Source of the DNA: Haliotis rufescens | Lineage: Eukaryota | Length of the DNA: 64,000 nucleotides | Assembly (NCBI RefSeq): GCF_023055435.1 | Contig: NW_025963780.1 | Location: 33,604,001 to 33,668,000, forward strand | Reading direction: 5' to 3' | In this document: positions 1-13,711 of the stretch, piece after piece | Position numbering within the stretch: position 1 is the first letter of the stretch | Layout of the letters: each line of letters opens with the position of its first letter | Made by a program: the position numbers and the translations under genes | The notes under the pieces: generated by a model | Database searches by the model: none | Told to the model about the DNA's origin: nothing | Seen by the model: only the letters and a program-made list of their open reading frames with translations

Positions 1-3000
1 TTGTTGATTTTCCTGTCTTCAATATTGGGTGGTACAGTTAAAATTAACTCTTTTGACGATCACACAGTTTTCCCATTCTCAGAATGGTAAGGAAATCGAA
101 CAATGCCGCATGTGTGAGTGACCGACTATAGGTTCGATATTCAATTAAGGCGTTGTTTGACTGCGATTTTACAACTATGCGCTTGAAGTACCATTTCATT
201 CTTTGCATAGAAATGTTTACATTGCGAAAGTTTGATAAATACTAATATTTAAACACAATCGGATTCGCAACCGGTTTCACTTTGATCTGTTAAACGAACG
301 GAAATTGTAAAATATTTGCATTTGATATATTTTTAATTTTGATATTAAATACAATATTACACTTATTCTCGTTAGATACTGTAACTTTCCACAGAAACGG
401 TTTCGTAAAAATAGTATCTAACGAACGAGTGAAGTTATCTGTATACATATTCTCTGCATCTCCATCACTTGGTGAAGGTAGAACCTTGCAAGACATTAGA
501 CCTGCTGGGATAGAAGTGAGTGAGAGGTGTTTAACTGCATAGTAGACAGTACTTGGGTTTACCAAGGTACGACTGTACCATTTCATGGAAATCCTCTAAT
601 ATCCAGGGTATCATATCGTTATTCTATTATGATGTCATTTGTTCTTTAGTCTAAAGAACCGTTCAAACAAAGTACACCTATATGTAAGTGGTATTCTATA
701 GACAGTTTCTAATGAGAGGGACGGAGATGCTAATGTCGCTTCCCAAACGAAGCTATGGTAGCGATTGAAACAGGGGGATTAATCATGACAGAATGGAGAA
801 TACCCTGGACAATCGAGGATGTGACACTGTTTGTCAACGGTTTGGTTGAACTCTCTGTAAAAAATTTCCAATCTCTGTCCGGGGCATTGTTACTCTGCTT
901 GTTTGGCCCGAGGTCGTGGAGTCAACAAGGGCGGTTGGGGGTTGTTAATTATGGTATATAACAAATAGGGGTGAATTGATGTGGAGATGGGCGAAGATTT
1001 GGTGGTTGAAGGAATGGAAAGAGGATGGATATTCGTATGAACTGATGGAAGCACAGAGGGACGGATGGATTAATAGAAACGCAAATGGACGGTCAGTTGA
1101 TGGAAGCACGGGGTAAAATGAGTGAAATTGCGTACATGGATGTACGGCAGGACGATCGGTTGGTGGAAGAATATACGAATGATTGGGTAGCTTGATGATA
1201 TGGATGGATAAAGGGGATATGGGTGAATATATGGATGGGTCGTTGAACAAGTGGAACAATTGGTTGATGAATGGATTGAAGGCTAGTTGGTTGGTTGGAC
1301 AAATGAATACAGTGATTAATGATAGGAAAAAAGAATGTATGGTACCAAAGAAGGATGGATGTAATAGAGGAATTAGTGAATGGTAGATGAATTGGTGAAA
1401 GTATTAACAGATGCATAACGTCCTCCAATCAAGACTGTCACTTATTACAGAAGATGATGGATTTGCACACTCGCGAACAGCATGTGCGTACAATCTACTT
1501 AAATCCAAATCAACATCTAATCGCAGTAGAATGGTGGACTCGTAAACTCAAAATTGTTGGACAAGAACATCGTTTTGCCTTGTGGCCTCACAGCGTACTT
1601 TACATTCAAGGAATGCTGCAAGGTTGCATTATGCACCCCGGAAATATACGAAGTAACTTCAATCAAAGACAAAATATGACCTAAAGTCACCTTCAAGAGC
1701 CTAATGGCACAGTGGGCCTCACATATGACGACTCCATCTGTTGTTTCCATCTTCTCCACATTATTATGTCACCCAACCAACCAATCCATCCATCCATCCA
1801 CCAATCCATTATCATTCCGTCCACCATGTCACTCCCTTTACATGGTTACATCCCCTTACTTTCGCCCCCAACCAAACTGTCCCCCACCACCAACCTACCT
1901 TCAGTCGTCTGTATCCATTCAGACGCGACTCCTTTGCTCAGACACCCGGAACTGACGCGTTGTCAATGGCAAGAAAACTCTTTTATGAAAATAATAGTGA
2001 TGATATCCTTTTGGTGAACTATCAAATTGAAGCAGCAAGTATCAAATGCTTATATCAGAAACAATTCATTATGCTGAATTGCTCCAAAGAAAGGAAAAAC
2101 GTAATTTACCTAATTTGGAACACCCTATGTCACAATCATATTCTTCCATACTTTAACTGAGCCAGATTCTACCGAAGAAAATGAAAAGGATTCCAAAGAA
2201 TTGACATGCTAAATTTCAGTTGTACAGCGTCTCTACAATTTCAAAAATATTTCTGAAATCAAATCTTGACGTCAAAACTAAAACGGGCAGGGAATGGGAT
2301 TTGTTTTTACGAGAAATGTCAACTCTCCCTCGAAATGGGGAAAATTAAATTTAAACTTTATAACGGTTGTTGATATTTCATCGCTTGTCATCCTTGTTGA
2401 CTCTGCTACCTCATGCCAGACATGTAACAGCGCAGAGAGTGGAGACGCTTCTGCCTGTGAAGTATTTTTAAAATTTTGATTTATTTTTTTTATGAAGTTC
2501 ACATATGGTACAAACGACACACGGGCGAGGTCTTAGGACTTCTAGAGATCATATTTCAACTTAGCCCTACATGTAGTTGTCACGCTGGAATTGCTCAGTA
2601 TGTATATTTTGTACCTCACTATAGCCAAGTACAGTTGAAGTTAAATTCCCGTGAAGATTCCGGGTTTTACTTGGTCTTCAGCAACACATGCTTGTCATAA
2701 GAGGTGACCAACGGGATTGGGTGGTAAGGCTCACTGATGCATGTCATCGTATCTAAATTGCCTAGATCATTGCTCACGGTGCTAATTACTGGATTGTCTG
2801 GTCCAGAATCGATTATCTACAGACCGACGTCATAAAGCTTGAATATTGTTGAGTGCGGCGTTAAACAACAAACGAAGTTTCAAATCCCTCACTCATTCTC
2901 CACCAGCAGTTGTAATATCTTGTCACGTTCTACCTTCCAGTAATGAGAATGATAAAGAGAGAGTACTACACGCCTTCTCGTTAGATACCATTTTTACGAA

Positions 3001-5260
3001 ACGTGTATGATATCTAACGAGAATGGGTGTACAATTGCATTTATGGCCAAAGTTGAAATGTAGTAAACATAAATGTTTAACATTTTCGTTCTTCTAACAC
3101 TCCAAACTACTTCACTGACGACACAGCCGCGTCACCAAAGCAAGCCTAGATATCGTCAAAATAGTCCATACTGGTTTCATTTCGCCACACTCAATGTATT
3201 ACATTAAATCCAATACTGAAATGATAGGGAGCATACCACACTTACAGGACACGGCAAAGGGACCGCTATCCAACTAAGTTGTTTCACGTGCTTGATTCGG
3301 TGTTAGTAAAGATGAAGTCTCAAAAATAAGTCCCTACATGACCTTTCATGTGTGAGTTTATGGTTGTACAATCAAAATGAATAAACCGAGGTCAGCCTTG
3401 TATGACGCATTTTGACATGTAGATTTAGTATATGTGGCTCGACTCCATGGGTATTAAATGATCGAATGTAACAATCCCTAAGTTAACGATTGCGGACGTT
3501 TCAGATTAGAAAAAAAGCCACTTTGAAATTCCAACCGTTTTCTGAAATGTTTTCTTTATATAGTTTTAGACAGGTGCAAAAATGATTCATCGGAAATTCG
3601 TTAAGGTTTTTACTGGGGCGTGATGATATATAGTCAGTGGGCGAATAAGTGTACAGTACAAAAAATTCGAAAGATTTTTAGAGAGACGGTGATCTAGTAC
3701 TGAGAGAAACACACCACAATACAGATGGCTTGTGTGTTTTTACATGCAGTTTCCGAACTAGCTGACTAAAGAGGGCGGTGATGTAGGCTGCTTGTGAAAA
3801 CGTTATCTCGTCAGACCGAAGGCCTGGGTTCAATTGTACATGAGTACAATGTCTTCAGCCTATTCCTGAAATCCTGTGATATGACCAGAAAAATGTTAGC
3901 ATAAAAACTCCTTTACTCACTCAGCCTATTCCAGAACCTTTTCAAAGATGAATAAATAAGAGCTGGTAAAATAAAAATAACACAAAGTAAAACAAGAAAT
4001 ATTTTCACAATATCACATGTGTTTCCAGTTTAAATTATTTCCGTGTTGCGGACTACTCTTTGTGATGAGTAATTCATTTCCATTTCGTCACTTCCGGCAT
4101 CTGTTCCGGAAGTAACACAGTCTCTTTAGCAATACAAGAAAATTACTGTCTAACTGAAGGCCTCCCGCCCTGAACTAAACACATCAATTAAAATCATGGC
4201 TAACAGGCCACATGGTACCGTGAACAAACGGTGGCAAACGTCCAAATACTGAGACCTGAGTACGCTGACCGATGATGGCCGAGCGGAGTGGAATAAGTGA
4301 CAGTGAGTTTGACAGTGAGAGCATTAGCGATGAACAGGTTATTCAAACCAGTAATTAGCCCGACTGATTCTACTCTTCAGACTGAAGCATCATCAACAAG
4401 ACATCGAGATATTTTTTCTTCTCTCTCAATCAAATCTCATTCAAACTTTCCCACCTCCCACACAAGTGACTGATTCTTTTACATCCCATTAAAATCCAGC
4501 CAAAATATTGAACAACTTAACATATTGGCATATTTCTATCCTCGGTGGCTAACATAGTCCTCAGAATCAGGCCTCTGAAGAAAGAATGTATTGTTATGTT
4601 CACGCTTCAGATTTATTTGCTGGTGAGCGAATGTTTATTAATGGGTCACCGTGCACGTGTATGTCGTAAGTGAAGATGCGTATACAATGTCAGCATACAT
4701 TTGTACAATAGGAAGACATGCCGCGAAATAATATTAAAAGCGACAGATTACTCGCATTGTTTACTGCTGCATTTGTGTATTAATTCATCAGTGGGTTGTA
4801 ACAGGAAATTGCTTTCCTCTTTCACACCATGGGATTATATTTGGTCATAAGATATCTTCCAATCAATACGTTGACTCTTGCACAATAATAGAATTCCCCA
4901 AACTCACAATTGTCAATCCAACTGATCCGTTATTTACGAGAACATGCAGTTTCCCGAACCATAAATTTCCAAGTTTTTGTTCTGACATACAATATGATTA
5001 CAACGGATGGCTGGAAGGTCGTTTTTCTCTGTTATTGTCATGGTTGTAATCCGAGACCAACAATAGAAAACGGGATTCTATCTTCCTATTTAATCATAAC
5101 AAAAAGCTCATGAATATCTGTATGAATCACATACAGTTTTGAGAGCGTTATTTTTGGTAATGCTCCTAATCAATCTGTATTTGGTGTCTTCCGATCAGAG
5201 AGACTGTCAGGTCACAGGCTGGTTAGGGACTAACCATTTGATATTCTGGCTTGGGGAGTG

Positions 5261-5384
5261 AGTGAGTGAGTGACGTTGGTTTTACGCCGCTTTTAGCAAT
5301 ATTCCAGCAATATCACGGCGGGGGACACCAGAAATGGGCTTCACACATTGTACCCATGTCGGGATTCGAACCCGGGTCTTCGGC
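5261..5384 (-). mobile_element. SINE family A, 5'-truncated
   Basis: TSD GGCTTGGGGAGTG; empty site at about 10153. Confidence 0.85.
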
Positions 5385-6899
5385 GGCTTGGGGAGTGTAA
5401 AGGGTGAGGGGTATGTGTGGGGTTGCGGGGCAGCATGTTTTCAGTCACTCTTCCAAGACATCCAATTCTCAGAACAACCAGCATGTCCAGCGAACATTCT
5501 TTGGGGAGAATTTAAAACTGAGGCTAAACTGTTTTTTTCCAGTATATTAAATTGTCTGTTTTTTTAAACCAGAACCAGAAATATTTATATGCGCTTGAAA
5601 ACGTGACTTATTAACAATCTCATTTTGCATATTCATAATTTGACATGTTTATCAAAACGATTGAGTGTTGTAGTTTTGATGAAGATGGTTAGTGAAAGTG
5701 ATGTTTTAAACCACTCAGGATGAAGATTGGTTTGGAATATAAAGTTAAATACCATCTTTGAAGATAGAATTTGCGAACATTGCGAATGAATGAAAATAAA
5801 TAAATATTGTTGACCGACATCTATTCAATTAACGTTGGACCTGGCGTGAATGAAAAGAAATGACATTTGTGAGTGATACGATTCTTTTCGTTTCATTCTC
5901 AGCATGTCAGAAATGTTTGCCATAGTTCTTTGGAGAAAGGTGATGATGCATGAGGACGCTGATTACCAGGGGGCGTTGGGGGTTCGGTGGGGGTGAGACA
6001 GACTGACGATCGAACATTGTAATATCTTGGCTTCCCCACTGCATAATATGGTGTCTGCGTTGGATTTTAACGCCGCTTTGGACAGTATTTCAGTTATCAT
6101 TTTTCCTTGCTTGTTGTTTAAAGACGCACTCGGCAATATTACAGCTATATGATGCCGGTCTGTAAATAATCGAGGTTAAACTAGACAATCCAGTGATTGA
6201 TATCATCGATCGACGCAATTGGGATACGACGACATGCATCAATCAAGTCAGCGAGACTGACCACCTGATCCCGTTCGTCGCCTCTTATGACAAGCATGGG
6301 TTGTTGAAGATCTACCCTGCTATTTTATCCGGATCTTCACTGGTCCAGTTATCACTTGTATTCTTGACCATCGTGAATTTATTCTGAGTGGTCTTCACGA
6401 CACGAGTCAGTGAGTTAAGTGTAGTTACATTGGAGTGGAGAAGCATGTTATGTATGCAAAAGGGTTGTAAACATATTGACTGAAGATTGAGTGAGTAAGT
6501 GAGTGATTACGGTTTCACGCCACTTTTAGCAATATTCCAGAAATGGGCTTCACACTTTGTACCCGACCGACCCTATTGAATGAAGAAATCAGTAATATTA
6601 ACAAAAGGATTATGACTGGCGTCTTTGATGAGTTGATGGCCATGGTACGCCGAGGGGTATGAACTCAACCGTGACCAAGGCTATTACTTACCCCCGGCGT
6701 ACCATCAACTCATCAATGACCCAAATCAGTCATAATCCTTTTGTTTATATTACTGGCTTCACCCCTCTGTTTATTTATGATTCTGCCGGTCAGTATGTTT
6801 ACTACCCTTTCGTGTACATAACAGGCTTCTCCACTCCAGTGTTACTACATCTGATATCTACTCTACTGTATAAACGCTGCCTCCTACCTGTATATACAC

Positions 6900-6997
6900 T
6901 TGTCAACCATACTCTGTACATCACTTGCTTGATAACGGCGTTAGAGCCAACACCGAAACATCGCTCCTAAGTGTAATAAAGAAGTTCTTCATCCATA
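6900..6997 (+). mobile_element. PLE 3'-end fragment with hammerhead motif
   Basis: TTGATAA-c-GGCGTT-agagcc-AACACC-GAAA-CATC (6929-6962) followed by the family motif AATAAAGAAGTT..ATCCATA. Confidence 0.65.
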
Positions 6998-7380
6998 TAT
7001 CCTTTCATATATCTACTATTTTATTGTTTGATTCCAACCATATTTTTAAAAGCATGTATTAGTGTGTTCATGTACATTTAATGTACTTTAACAAACCCTA
7101 TGAAACTAAAGGACCCACTCCGTGCAATGTCATACATTCGATCTGCTTTCTGGTTAAAGACAGATTAAAGCCAGACTAGTGCCGTTGTGTCCGGATTTAA
7201 AGCATACTTCCGGTTGAGAATTCATAATTACATTCATTGGGAGATGTGCCGGACTAATGCTCAAAAATACCGATACAAAATACAGTTTGAATGCCACTAA
7301 TGCAGACCTAACATATGGGGTCCTTCCATCTGAGTGCCCGCCTCACAGAACCACGTTAACAATAGCATCGCAATCATCCC

Positions 7381-7560
7381 ACAGATGGAGTCGTCTTAGG
7401 TAAAACCTACTGTGTCATTAGGCTCATGACGGGGAATTTAGATCGGACTTTGTCTTTGATTGAAGGTACATGGCATATTTCCGGTGTGCTTAATGCTTCC
7501 ATGTCGAGGAAAGCACACATGGCTCAGGCAGTGACTTGTGAAGCCTCGGACAGTCAATAA
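7381..7560 (+). pseudogene. Decayed coding-like block (TDGVVLGKTYCVIRLMTGNLDRTLSLIEGTWHISGVLNASMSRKAHMAQ); paralogues at 13489-13800 (+, SINE-interrupted), 15797-15510 (-), 1741-1560 (-)
   Basis: Open frame across copies with several third-position changes (CGA/CGG/CGC, CAC/CAT, GGG/GGT, GTT/GTG); 13-nt deletion in one copy. Confidence 0.35.
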
Positions 7561-8218
7561 CTATAATATCGAACACACGTTGACGTTAAATACCATTACT
7601 AAGAAACACCTTTCGCAAATTGGTATCTAACGAGGACGAGTGAAGTAATCTGTAGATATTTTCTCTGTCGTATTTCTATCACCTGGTTAAGTTAGAACGT
7701 GACAAGATATTACAACTGAAGGGTTAAGTGGAAATATCATCTCTACGTACAAATCACACAACTGCGTGTTGTGTTGTCTACATCGTATCAACTCTTTATA
7801 AAAAGTCGAACTCTTTTACTCGCCCGAATGCGCGGAGTCAACAAGGGTGACAAGCAATGAAATATTAAAAAACATTACAAAGTTTAAATTAAATTTACCT
7901 CGATTTCCGAAGAGATTATTGACAATTCTCTGTAAAAAATATCCAATCTCTGACTCATTAGTTTCGATGTCAAATTGCATTTCAGAAATGTTTTTGAAAG
8001 CGGAGAGACGCTGTACAACTGAAATTTGGCATGTCAATTCTTTTGAATCGTTTCCATGTTGGTTGTATAATCTTCCTCAGTTTACATTGGTAGAATATGA
8101 TTATGACAAAGGGTGTTCCGAATTAGGTAAATTACTTTTTCACTTTCTGGGGAGCAATTCATCATAATATAGATTCTAAAATGAGCATTTGATACTTGAT
8201 GCTTCAAATGATGTTTCA

Positions 8219-8321
8219 TCATCGCAATCTATTACGTTCATGAAAAAGTTTTCTTGACATTGACAGCGCATCAGTCCCGGGTTTCAGAACAAAAGAGTCG
8301 CGTCTGAGCGGATACAGTCGA
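8219..8321 (-). pseudogene. Terminal-exon-like block of an unidentified gene or TE (RLYPLRRDSFVLKPGTDALSMSRKLFHERNRLR*); paralogues at 14690 (-), 1905 (+), 9040 (+)
   Basis: Preceded by CTCCTCCCAG/CCTTCAG acceptor-like sites; several differences between copies are synonymous (CGT/CGA, CCA/CCG, GAC/GAT, GGA/GGG, CTG/TTG). Confidence 0.4.
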
Positions 8322-11300
8322 CTGGGAGGAGGAGGGGAAGTTGGTTTTGGGGGTAAATGAGAAGATATAGCAATCAAGAGGGGGTGTATAGATAGAATGA
8401 TAATAGATTGGTGGGTGGATGGATGGATGAATGGATTGATGAAAGAATTAATGTTGGATTGAAAAACGGATGGTTGGGTGAATTAATAAGGAGGTGAATG
8501 ACGACTTGGTGGTTATAAAAAGTCGGTAGATGGACAAGGTAAATTAATTGAAGCAAGGTAGACGGATGATTTGATAAAAGTACACGAGGAAGGGTGAACT
8601 GATAGAAACATGGATGGACTCATTTGATGGAAGCACGGATGGAAAAAGGTACATATGTATGTGCGGAAGAATGATTGGTTTGATGAGGAGTGAATACGTG
8701 GAATTATTACCTGATTGAGAAATAGGTAGATAAATAGATTGAAGAATGGTGAATGGGTAAAGAATAGATAGGTGGATGGGTAGAATTACAGCTGGCAGGA
8801 AGAAGAAAAAGAAGGGATAGATGGATGAAACAATTATAGAAAATGTGGATTTGTGAATTTATAGGAGAGATTTAGACTTCCGATCCTCCAAATCAAGACT
8901 GTCAGTTATCATATGCTGATGGATGTGTACCCTTACGGACACGTGGTAACAATCTACTGAAATTCAAAGCAGCATCTAATCCTAATGGTGTACTGTCGAA
9001 ATCCTTACTCCGTAATAGGTTTGACAAAAATCTTCGATAGTCTGTATTCATTCAGACGCGATTCCTTTGGCCTGACACCCGGAACTGACGCGTTGTCAAT
9101 GGCAAGAAAACTCTTTTAGGAACAGAATAGACTGCGATGATATTCTATTGATGAAATATCAAATTGAAGCAGCAAGCATCATTTCAGAATTTATTCATCA
9201 TGTTGAATTGCTTCAAAGAAAGGAAAACGTGATTTACCTAATTTGGAACACCCTATGTCACAATCATATTCTTCCAAACGTAAACTGAGCCAGATTCTAC
9301 TGAAGGAAATGGAAAGGATTCCAAAGAACTGACATGCTAAATTTCAGTTGTACAGCGTCTAACCGCTTATCAAAAACATTTCTGAAATCTAATCTTGACG
9401 CCGAAACTAAAACGGACAGGGAATGGGATTTTGTAACGAGTCAAATCTCTCTGTAAATGGGGGGAATTAATTTAAACTTAATAAGGGTTGTTTATATTTC
9501 ATTGCTTGCCGTCATTGTTGACTCTGCTACCTCATGCCAGACAAGCAGAGTAGCATCGCCCTGGACAGAGAGTGTTTCACGTGCTTAATTCGGTGTGAGT
9601 AAAGAGAAAAGTCCCTTCATGAACTTTCATGTGTGACCTTAGCGAGTTTATGGTTATCCAATCAAAATGAATAAACCGAGGTCAACCTTGAAATAAAATG
9701 TTTTCTGTATATAGTTTCAGAAACTGCAAAAATGATTAATCGGAAATTCGTTTAGGTTTTTACTGGGGCGTGATGATATATAGTCAGTAGGCGAATAAGT
9801 GTAGAGTACAAAAACTTCGAACAATTTTTAGAGAGACGGTGATCCAGCCTGCTTCCTTAAACGTTAGCTCTTATATTTATTCCTGGTGTCCTGTGATAGG
9901 ACCAGAAAACTAAATTTTGCAAAAAACCTCATTCATTCACTCACTCTATTCCAAAGATGAATAAATTAGAAGTGGTAAAATAAAAGAAACACAGAATATA
10001 ACAAGAAATATTTTCACAATATCACATGTTTCGAGTTTAAATTATCTCCGTGTTTAGGTTTACTCTTTCTGATAAGTGATTCATGTCCATTTCGTCACTT
10101 CCGGCATCTGTTCCGTAAGTAACACAGTCTCTTTAGCAATACAAGAAAATGGGGCTTGGGGGTGTAGGGTGAGGGGTATGTATGGGGGGGGGCATGTTTT
10201 CAGTCACTCTTCCAAGACATCCAATTCTCAGGTCAACCAGCATGTCCAGCGAACATTTTTTGGGGAGAATTTAAAACTGAGGCTTGACTGTTTTTTCCAG
10301 TATTTCTTCATGCCATGACCCTCCAAGAAATATTAAATGGTCTGTTTCCCAGCGTTTTTGGAAACCAGAAATATTTATATGCGCTTGAAAACGTGACTTA
10401 TTACCAATTTTATTTGGCATATTCATAATGTAATATGTTTATCAAATCGATTGAGCGTTGTAGTTTTGATGAAGATTGTTGATGAAAGTGATGTCTCAAA
10501 CCACTCAGGTTAATGATTGTTTTGGAACATAAAGTTTAATACCATCTTTGAAGATAGAATTTTCGAATATTGCGAATGAATGAAATAATAAATACTGACC
10601 GACATCTATTCAATTAACGTTGGACCTGGTGTGAATGAAAGGAAAGGCATTTGTGACTGACTCGATTCTTTTGGTTTCATTCTCATCGTGACTGAAATAT
10701 GGTGCTTTTGTTGGATTTTAAAGCTGCTTTGAACAGTATTTCAGTTATCATTTTTGTTTGTTGTTTAACGCCGCACTCAGAAATATTCCAGCTATATGGC
10801 GGCGGTCTGTAAATAATCGAGATTGGTCTAGACAATCCAGTGATTGATATCATCGATCGACGCAATTGGGGTACGATGACATGCATCAAGCGAGGTTGAC
10901 CACCCGTTCCAGTTAGTCGCCTCTTATGACAAGCATCGTCGCCTTTTTGTGCAAGCATGAATTGCTGAAGATCTGCTCTTCTATCAGTATCTTCACGGGT
11001 CCAGTTATCGTGTGTATTTTTGACTATTCTGTCGTGGATTGATTCTGAGTGCTCTTCACGACAAGACAAGCTCCAAAGTGCTTTATATGTGTCCAGCATC
11101 CAAACACCTGTATTCTTGTGCCCACTTCACCTTAAAGGTTATGTGACTTGACTGCCTTCCCACTTCATGCCAATATTACAAAGTTGATCAGGATGTACTT
11201 GTTTTTAAATATTTGTTTACGAAATTTCAGATATTGAAAACAGTATTGAAAATATTTATTTGAATGTACACAAACTTACATTTAAACGCACAATGTGATT

Positions 11301-11719
11301 ATCACCAATGCTTTCTTCTTTGAATATACACCAGTGAAGATCCGGGTTAGAATAGGTCTTCAGCAACCCATGCTTGTCGTAAGATGTGACTAACGGGATC
11401 GGGTGATCAGGCCCACTGACTTGGCTGATGCATGTCATCGTATCCCAATTGCGTGGATCGATGCTCATGATGTCAATCAATGGATTGTCTGGGTCAGATT
11501 CAAATATTTACAGACCGCCGGCATATAGCTAGAAATATTGCTGAGTACGGCGTTAAACAACAAACAAACATGTATGTACGTAAAAAACAACACAGCTTTG
11601 CAGATACTTTTGCAAAAGAAAGTGCATAACGCTGAGAGCTAGAATATAAAAGAAACTGTATACAAAGAGCTCCTACACATGGTGAGCTGGGTCGTTTGTC
11701 AACTCAGATATGTGTCATG

Positions 11720-11888
11720 ACTACGGTTAAAACGAACACGCTTATAACGAACTGACGGATATAACGAACTTACTTTTCGGTCCCGATTATTTGCTGTAGT
11801 TATGTTGTATATATGCTTATAACGAACTACGGTTATAACGAACTAAAATGAGTAGTCCCTTTGATTTCGTTATAACCGTAGTTTACTG
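11720..11888. mobile_element. pogo/Tigger-type MITE (left TIR eroded)
   Basis: ACTACGGTTAAAACGAA ... TTCGTTATAACCGTAGTTTACTG|TA with internal TATAACGAA repeats. Confidence 0.7.
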
Positions 11889-12599
11889 TATATCCAAGTT
11901 TACAGTCGGACTAGAAGCATGGCCAGGACAGGGTGTCAAGTATCAGTGTGATCGTGTTTGTTGGAGCTGCCATCTGGTTTGATTTCAAATTACCGCTTTC
12001 ATTCTTGGGAAACAATAACTATCCACATGCTACTGTTAAGGTTATTCATGTTGTTGCAGGAACAGCGTTACCTTTGATAAATCGTTAACACTTCCGACTT
12101 AAAGTGGCTAAGCTGTGCCTGTTTTATGTGATGTATTAACTTATTACACACGGGATTTTTAAAGCGATATTGTTCTAACTAAACCTTTAAAACTTCACAA
12201 GCTCTGTATATTATATGAATATCACACCTGTATCACTCTGGTTACATGTCACTCCAGTTATACGTTAATCCAGTTACATATGATGCTAATTTCATATGAC
12301 TCCAGTTGCATATCACGCAAACTAGATCCCTGTGACAACATTCAAGGCCTCGAGGTAGACATGACTGTGGTGGACATTTCCAAATTTGAAGCATCGGTGG
12401 CCAAAATGATTCCCTATTTTGAACCACTAGTTCCCGGTGGGGGAGGATACGCTCACGTTTTCGCGAACTCTTGACATCATCACTATTTGAAAGTGATTCA
12501 TAAACATTTACTTTACAAAAATATATTTGGAATCGTACATGAGTAAAGATTTCTTATGATCATGGAAAGAAATGTTTATGCTGTTTTTTTTACATATCA

Positions 12600-12955
12600 C
12601 TCCAGATCACTCCAGTTACATATCACCAAGTAACAGATCACCATAGTTACACTTCACTCCAGTTACATATCACCATGTAACAGATCACCTTAGTTACACT
12701 TCACGCCAGTTACATATCACCAAGTAACAGATCACCTTAGTAACACTACACGCCAGTTACATATCACCAAGTAACAGATCACCTTAGTTACACTTCACGC
12801 CAGTTACATATCACCAAGTAACAGATCACCTTAGTTACACTTCACGCCAGTTACATATCACCAAGTAACAGATCACCTTAGTTACACTTCACGCCAGTTA
12901 CATATCACCAAGTAACAGATCACCTTAGTTACACTTCACGCCAGTTACATATCAT
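12600..12955. repeat. 47-bp minisatellite built from three ~16-bp subunits
   Basis: GCCAGTTACATATCACCAAGTAACAGATCACCTTAGTTACACTTCAC, about 7.5 copies. Confidence 0.92.
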
Positions 12956-13543
12956 TAAGTCAAAAGCAAAAAGGAATGTTCTGCCGAGTGATATGTAAAT
13001 GAAAGCGACAAACAACATTTCCATAATTGTAACATATATCTACTAATTTATTGTCCGATTCCAACCATATTTTTGAAAATCGTGTATTAATGTGTTCAAA
13101 TGTAGTCATGTAATGTACCTTAACAAACCCTATGAAACTAAAGGACCCACTCCGTGCAATGTCATACATTCGATCTGCTTTCTGGATAAAGACATGTAAG
13201 CATGTCTGGCAATTTCCACATGCCAACTGCATAATAATGGCTTAATTTTAAAAGATGCAAAAGAACCCAGATTAAAGCCAGACCAGTGTCGTAGTGTCCG
13301 GATTTAAAGCATACTTCCGGGTGAGAATTCCTAATTACATCCATTGGGAGATGTGCCGGACTAATACTCACAAATACCGATACAAAACACAGTTTGAATG
13401 CCACTAATGCTGACCTCATATATGGGGTCCCTTCCATCTGAGTGCCTGCCTCACAGCACCACGTTAACAATAGCATCGCAATCATCCCACAGATGGAGTC
13501 GTCTTATGTAAAGCATACAGTGTCATTAGGCTCATGACGGGGA

Positions 13544-13711
13544 GGGCGGTCGGGTAGCCTAGTGGTTAAAGCGTTCGCTCGTCACGCCGAAGACCCGGGT
13601 TCGATTCCCGACATGGGTACAATGTGTGAAGCCCATTTCTGGTGTCCCCCGCCGTGATATTGCTGGAATAATGCTAAAAGCGGCGTAAAATCAAACTCAC
13701 TCACTCACTCA
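13544..13711 (+). mobile_element. tRNA-derived SINE family A (about 165 bp, (TCAC)n tail)
   Basis: A box TAGCCTAGTGG, B box GGTTCGATTCC, 13-bp TSD CTCATGACGGGGA, empty site at about 7423. Confidence 0.92.

Noticed and set aside
13544-13615. tRNA gene (Asp/Glu-like)
   Set aside because: Head of a multi-copy SINE with body, tail and TSDs; no proper acceptor stem.
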